A DNA stretch of 63,631 nucleotides, the filler included, from Octopus bimaculoides (Eukaryota), in assembly GCF_001194135.2 (NCBI RefSeq). It is 8 parts of 8 records of this genome, joined end to end, with 100 filler letters (N's around TTAATTAATTAA, not from the genome) between each part and the next. Parts side by side here need not be neighbours in the genome. Positions count along the whole stretch, not along the records: positions 1 to 10,020 come from NC_069006.1; positions 10,121 to 12,775 come from NW_026298472.1; 6 more parts are not named here. One strand, given 5' to 3'. Below are positions 1 through 10,699 of this stretch, in pieces. The first letter of the stretch is position 1; the number at the start of each line of letters is the position of its first letter. The notes under the pieces were generated by a model. The model was not told where the DNA came from, did no database searches, and saw only the letters and a list, made by a program, of their open reading frames with translations. Made by a program: the position numbers and the translations under genes.

Positions 1-108
1 TTCATCCTTTCGGGGTCGATAAATTAAGTACCAGTCAAGTACTGGGGTCGATGTAATCGACTGTACCCCTCCCCCAAAATTCAAGGCTTTGTGCCTATAG
101 TAGAAAGG

Positions 109-110
<2 letters not shown>
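1..110 (+). mobile_element. SINE family A (tRNA head + Meta-like central domain), 3' half, followed by (ATT)n tail to 165
   Basis: TTCATCCTTTCGGGGTCGATAAATTAAGTACCAG...CTGGGGTCGATGTAATCGAC recurs in more than 20 copies across the window. The central motif resembles the Meta-SINE domain as I recall it. Confidence 0.85.
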
Positions 111-165
<55 letters not shown>

Positions 166-324
166 GTGCAGTAGTTTTATTTTTATAACGTGCTTTCACT
201 TCACTACCGAGCGCAGCTCTGTGCGCCTTGGGTATGTACTGTGGTTTGCTGTGGTGCTCTTATGTTTACTGTATTGAAAGTGTTTTGCGTAGAATGTATG
301 CAGTACCCAGTAGTGCAATTTTCT
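166..324 (-). mobile_element. R4/Dong-clade non-LTR retrotransposon, 5'-truncated 3' end
   Basis: Minus strand encodes KKIALLGTAYILRKTLSIQ* (stop at 266-268), a typical R4/Dong C-terminus. A ~100-nt 3' UTR follows, ending in (AAT)n. Near-identical to 59964-60166. Confidence 0.8.
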
Positions 325-330
325 TATTAT

Positions 331-790
331 TCTGTGAGAGAGCAACGCATGCCATCAAAGTGACACTGGGGTACAAAAATACGAAGGCCAGTATACCCAT
401 CATGACTACCCGTCTGATAAGAGTACAGCAGTCACCTGCATCACAACCTTGTGTGCATGACATGGTGAGCTTATATCAAGATAAACAGCGCATGACCTTG
501 CAGGTGGGTCCCAGTTAGAATTTTCTTTAAGTTGAGTAGCCCATCCCGCTCAAAAGGTCCCTGAATAAGGGCTGTTTTAAGGATGATGAACAAAAGACCA
601 ATATTTCCAGAGGTGAATTATCCAAGCCCAAAAGAACTCCTCTCAACACATGGCTATGATGCTCCCCCAATACTTCTGATCGTGATCAGAGATGCCCATA
701 TCGTCAACCATTAAGGGACATGTTCAACTGGTTAAGGTCAAACAACTGACAAGCAAATCTGTGGTATTGAGCAGAATATTTGCTGTAGCC

Positions 791-791
<1 letters not shown>
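331..791 (-). mobile_element. Unclassified ~460-bp interspersed element ('element B'), flanked by TAA repeats
   Basis: Homologous copies at 15992-16342 (+) and 55362-55747 (-). All end in CTCTCAC(TC)AATAATAAT-like tails. This copy also has (TAA)n at its 5' end (792-824). Confidence 0.75.
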
Positions 792-824
<33 letters not shown>

Positions 825-977
825 GTTTACACGAACGTTTTCTTCGCGGACAAAACCCTTTGTACTTTTCATCCTGTCTTTGTCCTTACATGTTTTTGAT
901 TTATATTAGCCCTTGTGGCCAATTAAACAAGAATTTATTATTATTATTATTATTGTTATTATTATTATTATTGTTGT

Positions 978-1010
<33 letters not shown>

Positions 1011-1384
1011 CAGCAGCAGCAGCTGATTATATTTTCCTCTATTTTTATATTTACGATGTGCGTGTGTTTATTTANNNNNNNNNNNNNNNNNNNNNNNNNN
1101 NNNNNNNNNNNNNNNNNNNNNNNNNNNNNNNNNNNNNNNNNNNNNNNNNNNNNNNNNNNNNNNNNNNNNNNNNNNNNNNNNNNNNNNNNNNNNNNNNNNN
1201 NNNNNNNNNNNNNNNNNNNNNNNNNNNNNNNNNNNNNNNNNNNNNNNNNNNNNNNNNNNNNNNNNNNNNNNNNNNNNNNNNNNNNNNNNNNNNNNNNNNN
1301 NNNNNNNNNNNNNNNNNNNNNNNNNNNNNNNNNNNNNNNNNNNNNNNNNNNNNNNNNNNNNNNNNNNNNNNNNNNNNNNNNNNN

Positions 1385-1448
<64 letters not shown>

Positions 1449-1496
1449 CACACACTCAAACACAAACGCACACAAACACACACAAACATACACAAG

Positions 1497-1655
1497 CATG
1501 AGAGGCTTCTTTCAGTTTCCGTCTACCGAATCTACTCGCAGGGCTTCTAGGCGATACGTAGTTATAGTAGGAGACACTTGCTTAAGGTACCATGCAGTTG
1601 GACGATGTGACTGTCAAGCAAACTTCTTACCTAAAAGCCATGCTTGCGCCACGCC
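1497..1655 (-). mobile_element. SINE family C, head/CORE-like half
   Basis: GGCTTCTTTCAGTTTCCGTCTACC...GACACTTGC...AAGG matches the reverse complement of the family C copies at 43753 and 50345. Confidence 0.7.
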
Positions 1656-2014
1656 CCACTCTCTCTCTCCACACACACACACAGACACAAGTATAATGTA
1701 TATATATAATGTGTGTGTATGCTAGTATCTGAGTGAGTTCGCCTGTACTGTGTACATCCTTTCCCTAAACTCACATCATTTACTTCTTCGTTAGGTGTTT
1801 TCTTTCTTTCTCTCTCGCCCTCTTCCTTTTCTCTCCCAACTTTTTCCCTCTTTCTTCCGCTTTGCTTAATTTTATATTAGCTAATAGTACTCAACATATA
1901 AGGCAGAGTTCGAATATTTATTTTTGAAAGATGGAGCTTCTAATAAATTGCTTTTACTACGAATGACGAAGCTTCAGCCAACAATGATAATAATCAGAAC
2001 ACAGCTTAAATAAT

Positions 2015-2460
2015 AATAATGGTTTCAAATTTTGGCACAAGGCCAGCAATTTCGGGCCAGAGGGTAAGTCGATTACATCGATCGCAGTGCTCAAATGCTA
2101 CTTATTTTATCGACCCCGAAAGGTTAAAAAGCATAATCGACCTCGGCAGAATTTGTACTCAGAACGGAAAAACGGACGAAATGCCACTATGCATTTTGCC
2201 CGGAATGCTAACGGTTCTGCCAGCCCACCATCGTCAATAATAATAATATTCGTTTCTACTAAAGGCACAAGGCCTGAAATTTTGAAGAAGGAGCCTTGTT
2301 GATTACACCAATTCTAATGCGTAACTGGTACTTAATTTATCAACCCTGAAAGGATGAAAGGTTAAATCGACCTCGGCGGAATTTGAACTCAGAGCGTAAG
2401 GACAGACGAAATGTTGCTAAGCATTACGTCCAGCGTGCTAACGATTGTGCCAGCTCGCCT
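2015..2460 (-). mobile_element. Two tandem family A SINEs
   Basis: Two reverse-complement copies (about 2015-2235 and 2255-2460), each with TCGACCCCGAAAGG/CCCTGAAAGGATGAAAGG and a tRNA-like head (CTGCCAGC). Confidence 0.8.
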
Positions 2461-2841
2461 ATACAAACGCGTTTTGTTGTATCGTGGGAGGATCTTTGTA
2501 GCAAATAAAAACTGTGTGCTGTGGATGGATATAATTTCTTTCAAATAAGATTGGTCGAGTGGTTAACCAATTAACTAATCGATAACTTGTTAACCATCCG
2601 ATCAATAAATCATTCAGCTGGACTGGAAGAAAACTAAAAGGGGAAAAAAACGGGACAAACGTGAAGTAAGGAGTCGACATCACTGATAAGGTTGATAATG
2701 GCGACGAAAAGATTCTGACAAACTGATTGATTTTTCTTTTTTGTTGTTGATCGATTAATCAATCGGTTAGTTAATTGGTTGGCTAGTTAGCAAAAAATAA
2801 TAATCCTTTCTACTATAAACACAGGGCCTAAATTTGGAAGC

Positions 2842-3010
2842 TTCGAAATTTCCCCAAGATATCTGATGCTAGGAATGAGAACCCAGGTTCGAAATTTCCC
2901 CAAGATACCTGATGAAGGCTGGAGGGTACATCAACCGAAACGTTATATTAACAACAAGATGAGGACAAATACTTTCAAATGTAAATAATGTAAATGATGT
3001 ACAAATTATC
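2842..3010 (+). mobile_element. Penelope-like pseudo-LTR remnant with a 46-bp-period direct repeat
   Basis: TTCGAAATTTCCCCAAGATA(T/C)CTGATG occurs at 2842 and 2888. The second copy runs into a hammerhead-like core. Confidence 0.5.
2903..2950 (+). ncRNA. Minimal type I hammerhead-ribozyme-like motif
   Basis: CTGATGA (2909-2915), stem II GGCTG/CAACC with one mismatch, GAAAC (2937-2941), palindromic AACGTT stem III, and a weak stem I (GATAC/ATATT). Confidence 0.55.
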
Positions 3011-3199
3011 ATGCTATCTGGGATAATGGAATATGCTAGACCTTGAGATTGATGAACAAAACAAGATGCTTTCCTTTCACAAACTTGCTACCAAGCAGGT
3101 GGACAGTCAGCACTAACTCTAAATTAAAAAGAGAAAACGAAAAACACGCACACACACACACACACAGACACATAGGTGTGTGCACATATGTATATATGA

Positions 3200-3625
3200 A
3201 GCCGCATGGCCTATTGGTTAAGGGGTTGCTCTAACGATCGTAAGACTGTGGGTTCGTTTTATGGACAGAGCAACACGATGCGTTCTTGAGGAAGGCATTT
3301 CATTTCGTAATACTTCAGTCAGCACAACAGAAAATGAGTACCAGCGGCAGTTAACCTTGGACAGACTGGCGTCCAGTTCTTGTAGGGGTCACGTATTCTA
3401 AGTCACTTTTAAAGCATCAAAGCGCATGGCTTAATGGTTTGGGTATTCGACTCACTGTCGTAAGATTGTGAGTTCGATTCCAGTGGGATATTATGTCCTT
3501 GAGCAAGACACTTACTTCACGTTTCTACAGTTCACTCAGCCGGCAAAAATGAGTTGTACGTGTAATTCAAAAGGGTCAGCCTTTTCATATTCTGTGTATA
3601 ATGCTGAATTTCCTTGAGAACTACA
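3200..3625 (+). mobile_element. Two degenerate family D (tRNA + CORE-like) SINE copies
   Basis: A-box/B-box-like heads (GCATGGC..TGGTT..., GTTCG), TCCTTGAGCAAGACACTT CORE-like motif, and TGTAATTCAAAAGGGTCAGCC shared with 53546-53929. Confidence 0.65.
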
Positions 3626-3702
3626 CTATCAGCTACCAACCAGCGAGCGAACTTGCCACTGCCACTACAATTACTGCTGTATCTCTAACTACATGTCAGG
3701 CA

Positions 3703-3745
<43 letters not shown>

Positions 3746-5097
3746 ATAATAATACAAAGTATATATATACATGTATACACACATATATGTACATACTTAC
3801 ATCTACATGTNNNNNNNNNNNNNNNNNNNNNNNNNNNNNNNNNNNNNNNNNNNNNNNNNNNNNNNNNNNNNNNNNNNNNNNNNNNNNNNNNNNNNNNNNN
3901 NNNNNNNNNNNNNNNNNNNNNNNNNNNNNNNNNNNNNNNNNNNNNNNNNNNNNNNNNNNNNNNNNNNNNNNNNNNNNNNNNNNNNNNNNNNNNNNNNNNN
4001 NNNNNNNNNNNNNNNNNNNNNNNNNNNNNNNNNNNNNNNNNNNNNNNNNNNNNNNNNNNNNNNNNNNNNNNNNNNNNNNNNNNNNNNNNNNNNNNNNNNN
4101 NNNNNNNNNNNNNNNNNNNNNNNNNNNNNNNNNNNNNNNNNNNNNNNNNNNNNNNNNNNNNNNNNNNNNNNNNNNNNNNNNNNNNNNNNNNNNNNNNNNN
4201 NNNNNNNNNNNNNNNNNNNNNNNNNNCTACCTTCTTGGAGTTAATTTTTTGATGTCTACTAATTACTCCGACGCGAGAACCAAAATAAAAACAAAAAACA
4301 CAGCGTGTAACATGCAGCAAAATTAAAATAGAACAGAGTGGGGACATTTAGCAGTGATGACCCGGAAATTGTTCCTCTTCGATTACTTTCGCAAACAGCA
4401 GTAGCTTTCTTCAACTGAGCACACTTCGTTGATTGGTTAATATTACCCAAATACAACAACTTTAACACGAAATAACTTCTAAAACACGAAATTTTGTCAA
4501 AAATGTTGAAAGCAAACCGTGTTGAGCGTAAAAAAATGACACCAGTATACGAAGTTTCAAACTGTTTAGTTTAAAAAAAAAATTTTTTTTAATATGTGAG
4601 CGAGACTGAACAGATCCCGTTTGTGTAGTGAGAAATCGAAAAAAAAAACAGGTTTTTTTTTTCTTTTGCAAATGAAGCCTTTGTTATATTTGTTCGGCAG
4701 CGAGTCGTAAAATGTTCATAAAACTAATGATTAACCTTTTGTAAAAACCTAATCAACGACATTATTGTCCAACAACAACAGCAACAGTAAAAGAAAAATT
4801 ATGAATATCGTTAGGAAAGTTATGAATGTCACATATCCCACATCATACCTTCTAAGAGCACCAATTATGACTTGCATTAAAAAATCTATATCGATATTTG
4901 TATTCGTCACGCAATACTGTTGAAACAGCCATCGTTCGACAAAGCTTTATAAACAACAACAACAACAACAACAGTAGTAATGAAACGAATAGATAGTGTG
5001 ATAGCCAGGCCATTGTAAAAAAAAACAAAAAAACGCGTTGACCCGTGTCATTTCGATTGAATGAAACAGACGACATCAACGCGTCAACGCTTAGCTA

Positions 5098-5165
5098 TGA
5101 CGTCAGATGACGTCAGCAACATTGAGAGCCGTAAACTGATTATTTCCTTCTGTTACGTCATTGGA
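5098..5165. promoter_or_regulatory. Tandem CRE sites plus CRE-like/CCAAT motif (possible promoter or enhancer)
   Basis: TGACGTCA at 5098-5105 and 5108-5115, and TTACGTCATTGG at 5153-5164, all in non-repetitive sequence. Confidence 0.4.
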
Positions 5166-5465
5166 GCTTCTCGTCTTTCTCTCATGCTGTCTCTTGCTTT
5201 TCTTTATTATTATTTTTTGTGTGCTTTCGTTTGTTTCTTCAAATTTGTATTTAATTCGAGATTTATTTTAAAACGCACCGACTCGACTTAGCTGTTTATG
5301 TGTATGTGTGTGTGAGTGTGTATACAGTACAAATACACGTGTGTATAAATATATACATGTACATATGATTTTACGTATCTGTTTATACGAATATACAGTC
5401 ACGCACGCACACTCACACACAGGTATACCTATTATATATGCACATATAAACTCATAAACGCATGG

Positions 5466-5506
<41 letters not shown>

Positions 5507-5759
5507 AATATCTATCTGTACATATACAAATATACAAGTAAACTCTCTCCCGATGCTTGCCAAATCTCCGATGGGAATATATACGACACGTTTTAAAATA
5601 TGTTGGTGGATAAAATATTCTCTGGAATTCAGAAAATTTGAAAGAAAATCTAAATAAAAGAAGAAATAATCAACATTCAAATTTCTGTAGTGAAATGTGA
5701 AATTTATTATCGGACAAACAAAACTTACAAAAGAATGTCAGAGATATATAACTTCGATA

Positions 5760-6420
5760 GGTTTTGGCGAGTACAGGCCCAGGCCATGTCTAACTTGTGT
5801 ACCGCCTGGTGAAGTCTTTTAGTCATATATGAGGTACCATGGCCCAGTCTAGCAAAGAGTTATTATTGTTGGAGACATATCCGGGTGTAGGAGGTTGGTC
5901 TGGAATTTTTTGAAATTTGTCCAGTGAACATTTGGATTTTATGGGATCCGTTTCCGTTTCGACGTATTTTGGTATGGTATTCAAGAGAGCTGGACCGGTT
6001 GAGGTAAAGTAGTTGTAGAGTAATGTTGTTACGTGTCCTGAGTTCGATTTTTGTAGTGGGCGGATAGCACGAGGTCCAAGTCTTGGGTGGATTTTAAAAT
6101 TCATGCCAACATCATTTGTGCAATATTGATGGAATATTTTCCACATCACACAAATGATGTAGCGCTCCCAGCGGCGTTGGAGAGAGTAGAGATTGAGTTT
6201 TTTTAGTCGACCCCGATAGTCAATGCCTCTCATGCTGTCTATCTTTCTTGTTATTGACCTCTGGAGTGCTTCCACTTTCATAATGAGTTGCTTCGTATGG
6301 GGAGACTACAGTGGGCAACAGTATTCAAGGTGGGGTCGGGCAAAAGTAGAGTAGAGAAGGATGATGGTGTAGGCATCTCTAGACTGGAAAGTTCTCAGAA
6401 TCCAAGGGCTAAATGATTTT
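5760..6420 (-). mobile_element. CR1/L2-group LINE, 5'-truncated ORF2 C-terminus (dead)
   Basis: Reads ILRTFQSRD...LYSTFARPHLEYCCPL*SPHTKQLIMKVEALQRSITRKI...RLKKLNLYSLQRRWERY, the typical post-RT region of CR1-group ORF2. It has an in-frame TAG at the conserved Trp position. Confidence 0.85.
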
Positions 6421-6489
6421 TTCTTTCTTGTGTGCGCCAAAGGCTCTTTTATGAACCTCTGCTATTAAAATCTAAAAGACAGCCATCTA

Positions 6490-6900
6490 CGAATAAAATT
6501 TGATGTATGTACACCATTGATAGGTCATTGCTGTCGGATTCATTCCGGGATAACATATATGGACGTGCCGTATAATTAGGCTTCCGTACAGTTGCATATC
6601 GGCAGCACCAAACACCCTTGTCCAGAAACTGTGATTCATCCTGTTACTTGTAGGGTTTGGGAGCGCCAGTTCAGACTGTTTGACCATGTTACTCGATTTT
6701 CCAAGTGAGGCCCTACTTACCATGTTCTCTTCATTGACGATGTGATTGGATTAACGGTTCCTGTTGGTCGATCAAATGCTACATGGTCACAGCAGATGAG
6801 GAGGTATCTCACAGAGATGAGAACCGACTGGAACTCTGCTCGGTGGGGGCCTCCGGGAGGACTCGGGAATACGTATACTGACAACAGGTAAAAACAACAG
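6490..6900 (+). mobile_element. RTE-clade LINE 3' remnant
   Basis: One frame reads ...PVTCRVWERQFRLFDHVTRFSK*GPTYHVL...VGRSNATWSQQMRRYLTEM, similar to RTE C-termini (RERQLRLFGHVAR...GRPRxTW). Two stops. Confidence 0.6.
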
Positions 6901-7002
6901 CCACAACTGACCTGACAGATGCGTTGATGAAGATCCTCATTTGGGTCTAAACTGTGCACAGAATGAATTATTTTCCTGGATTAAATCTTGAAGCAACTTC
7001 AT

Positions 7003-7190
7003 GTACTGTTTACTCATGTATAACGCGCTATTGCTCATGTATAACCCGCGCTATTTTATACTTGATTTTCACTGAAAAGCAAAGAAACCTGGGGAGCAAC
7101 ATATACAAGACCAAAGCTAAAACTAAGAAGGGAAAAACTTGTTGTACCAAGCTTTAACATTAAATTAGGGGTGCGACTTATACATAAATA
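7003..7190. mobile_element. pogo/Tc2-like MITE remnant
   Basis: CTCATGTATAAC(C)CGCGCTATT is duplicated at the left, and GGGGTGCGACTTATACATA lies at the right. These subterminal motifs are typical of such MITEs as I recall them. Confidence 0.4.
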
Positions 7191-7349
7191 TGTTATTTTC
7201 ATTTAGTTGCTTGTAGGTCACGTGATTGTCGATTGTTCAGTTGTATTTCCGGATCATGCATGTACAGCTGTGAAATGAGTTGGACCTGAAGTGGGATCTT
7301 GTAAAAGATTCTTTACAATACAATGAGTAACCCTGTTGTAGATGCGGTG

Positions 7350-7394
<45 letters not shown>

Positions 7395-8203
7395 CCCACC
7401 ATCTTTAATCAGGTCTTTCTCATGCTGTAATCCAGATTACGTGAACACAACTGCGCAGTTGTTACACACATATGTTTCTTTTTTCTTTCTTTTTTTTTTT
7501 GAGATAGAAATTTCTCTGCCAACGACCATTATTGCTTGCCAATAAATATACGAGTTGCTGTGGTAGATTTCTAGCCACAGCTTCTGCTAATTCTTCTCCA
7601 GATCTTAGTTTAACAGCGGAAAGGCCTTATTGAGCATAAAAGGAAAATATATTGTTTGTTTCTTTCCATTTTGTGAATATGAAGACATCGCAAGTGAGAG
7701 GTGTCATCCGCCTTCACTAAAACAAGAAAAGAAATCAATATCGCATGGTTATCAATATGTATAATGCTTGGAACGGGAGAAAATAGAAGAGTATTGAAAG
7801 AAAGGTAGAGAATGAAGAGGAGAAAATGAAGGGAGAACGGGAAGTAGGGGGAGAGAGGAAGGTATAGAATAAAGAAGGCAGGAGGGAAAAAAAAGAAGGA
7901 AAGAAGAAACGAATGGAAAGGAAATGTTGAATAAAAGGTGAAAAGAGGAAGAAAGAATTGTGATGCTACGAGTAAGGTAGAGCCCATAGGGGCAATGAAG
8001 ACGAGGCTGAACCAATCCTTTATCACGGCATGCACATAACTATCTGCAGTGTTCACCTTACCGGAAGAGGTGTCGAGTACTTTTAACCACTCCTGAACAA
8101 AAGAGTTCCAAAGTAGTGTCACCAGCGATAAACTGCACTGAAAACGTGCAGCGTGTGTATTGCACTTGGGAGATGGAAGACTGTGTGTGTGTGAGAAAGA
8201 GGT

Positions 8204-8249
<46 letters not shown>

Positions 8250-9048
8250 AGAGAGAGAGACAGTCATTGTGAGGAAAATTGAGAGAGAATAAAAAGAATT
8301 GATAGTGGTTATGGAAAGATAAGAGAAAATGAAGGCTGATAAATTTTTTAAGGGAGNNNNNNNNNNNNNNNNNNNNNNNNNNNNNNNNNNNNNNNNNNNN
8401 NNNNNNNNNNNNNNNNNNNNNNNNNNNNNNNNNNNNNNNNNNNNNNNNNNNNNNNNNNNNNNNNNNNNNNNNNNNNNNNNNNNNNNNNNNNNNNNNNNNN
8501 NNNNNNNNNNNNNNNNNNNNNNNNNNNNNNNNNNNNNNNNNNNNNNNNNNNNNNNNNNNNNNNNNNNNNNNNNNNNNNNNNNNNNNNNNNNNNNNNNNNN
8601 NNNNNNNNNNNNNNNNNNNNNNNNNNNNNNNNNNNNNNNNNNNNNNNNNNNNNNNNNNNNNNNNNNNNNNNNNNNNNNNNNNNNNNNNNNNNNNNNNNNN
8701 NNNNNNNNNNNNNNNNNNNNNNNNNNNNNNNNNNNNNNNNNNNNNNNNNNNNNNNNNNNNNNNNNNNNNNNNNNNNNNNNNNNNNNNNNNNNNNNNNNNN
8801 NNNNNNNNNNNNNNNNNNNNNNNNNNNNNNNNNNNNNNNNNNNNNNNNNNNNNNNNNNNNNNNNNNNNNNNNNNNNNNNNNNNNNNNNNNNNNNNNNNNN
8901 NNNNNNNNNNNNNNNNNNNNNNNNNNNNNNNNNNNNNNNNNNNNNNNNNNNNNNNNNNNNNNNNNNNNNNNNNNNNNNNNNNNNNNATGTGGATTGCTGG
9001 TTTTTGATGAATATCAAGGTCAACAGATGTTGAACAAGAGATAGAGAA

Positions 9049-9090
<42 letters not shown>

Positions 9091-9119
9091 CGCACATACA
9101 TACACACATACATACATAC

Positions 9120-9157
<38 letters not shown>

Positions 9158-9211
9158 ACCGGACTGAAGGAGTCAGAGAATGACAGCCATACAGGAGCAT
9201 ATGGAGAGAAC

Positions 9212-9261
<50 letters not shown>

Positions 9262-9799
9262 AAAAGAAGAAGAAGAAGAAGAAGAAGAAGAAGAAGAAGA
9301 AGAAGAGAATACACGGACTGAAAGGAAGACAGTGTGTGTAGCAAGGGGTAATGGTGTTAAGGAATGATGGAATAAAAGAATGATTACTCGTGAAGAGTAA
9401 TGAGTGAGAGAAAGACACTGATTAATAGTGAAAGAGTAACAATTGTAGAATTATTAGTTGTGACGGTGGGAAAATTTCTCAGAGGTGCCTTCTGCTTGAA
9501 GAATGATCACCAAGTAGGCATACTAAAATGATTGAAGCGAAGAGAAAGCTTTAATCCATTAGTTTCACCGGTGAAGAAGAGAAATATTTGTGTTGATGAC
9601 AGTTTTTGTTAGGAAGGTCAAGGGAAAGAACTCCGTTATTTACATTGATTAAAGATTGAAGGGAAGCATGGTGTTAGGCCCGAGTGTAGTCGGAGAGTAT
9701 GAGTGAGAGAAAAATGGCTGTCTTACAAGGGAGTTAATTCCTACTCATACTGCCTACAAGATTTTTCTCGTACTTTTTTCTTTTTTTTTTGCTCTTTTA

Positions 9800-10200
9800 T
9801 TTGTTTCTGTCATTTGACTGCGGCCATGCTGGAGCACCGCCTTTTAGTCGAATAAATCGACTCCGGGACTCATTCCTCGTAAGCCTAGTAGTTATTCAAT
9901 CGGTCTCTTAATGCCGAGCCGCTAAGTTACGGGGACGTATACACACCAACATCGGTTGTCATGCGAAGGTAAGGGACAGACAGACAGACATACAGACACA
10001 GACACACACACACACACACANNNNNNNNNNNNNNNNNNNNNNNNNNNNNNNNNNNNNNNNNNNNTTAATTAATTAANNNNNNNNNNNNNNNNNNNNNNNN
10101 NNNNNNNNNNNNNNNNNNNNCATTTGCCCAAATTGCCCCGCAGTGGGGCTGAACCCGGAACCAAATGGTTGGTAAGCACGCTACTTATCACACAGCCACT
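9800..10200 (-). mobile_element. SINE family C split by a contig linker
   Basis: The 3' half (GACTGCGGCCATGCTGGAGCACCGCC) lies left of the gap and the tRNA head lies right of it, in the same orientation. Confidence 0.75.
10021..10120. other. Artificial contig linker (44 N + TTAATTAATTAA + 44 N)
   Basis: The 12-mer gives stops in all six frames. Identical linkers have the 12-mer at 12820, 40843, 50289, 56207, 60284 and 61526. Confidence 0.95.
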
Positions 10201-10236
10201 TCTTCGCTTATATGTCTCTGTGTGTGTGTGAGAATG

Positions 10237-10270
<34 letters not shown>

Positions 10271-10284
10271 TGTATCTATGTATG

Positions 10285-10337
<53 letters not shown>

Positions 10338-10699
10338 GTCTTTCTATCTATCTATCTATTTATCATATAGAGGGTAAATTTGGAAGTATACTTTTGCCAA
10401 CATGGGAAATATATGGAAATATTGGATAGGTTCAATAATTACATATTTAGCTATTATCANNNNNNNNNNNNNNNNNNNNNNNNNNNNNNNNNNNNNNNNN
10501 NNNNNNNNNNNNNNNNNNNNNNNNNNNNNNNNNNNNNNNNNNNNNNNNNNNNNNNNNNNNNNNNNNNNNNNNNNNNNNNNNNNNNNNNNNNNNNNNNNNN
10601 NNNNNNNNNNNNNNNNNNNNNNNNNNNNNNNNNNNNNNNNNNNNNNNNNNNNNNNNNTATATATATATATATATATATCTGTAAAGGTATGTAACATTT

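Noticed and set aside
10065-10076. TTAATTAATTAA as a biological palindrome or homeodomain site
   Set aside because: It is centred in exact 100-bp N blocks seven times, so it is an assembly spacer.
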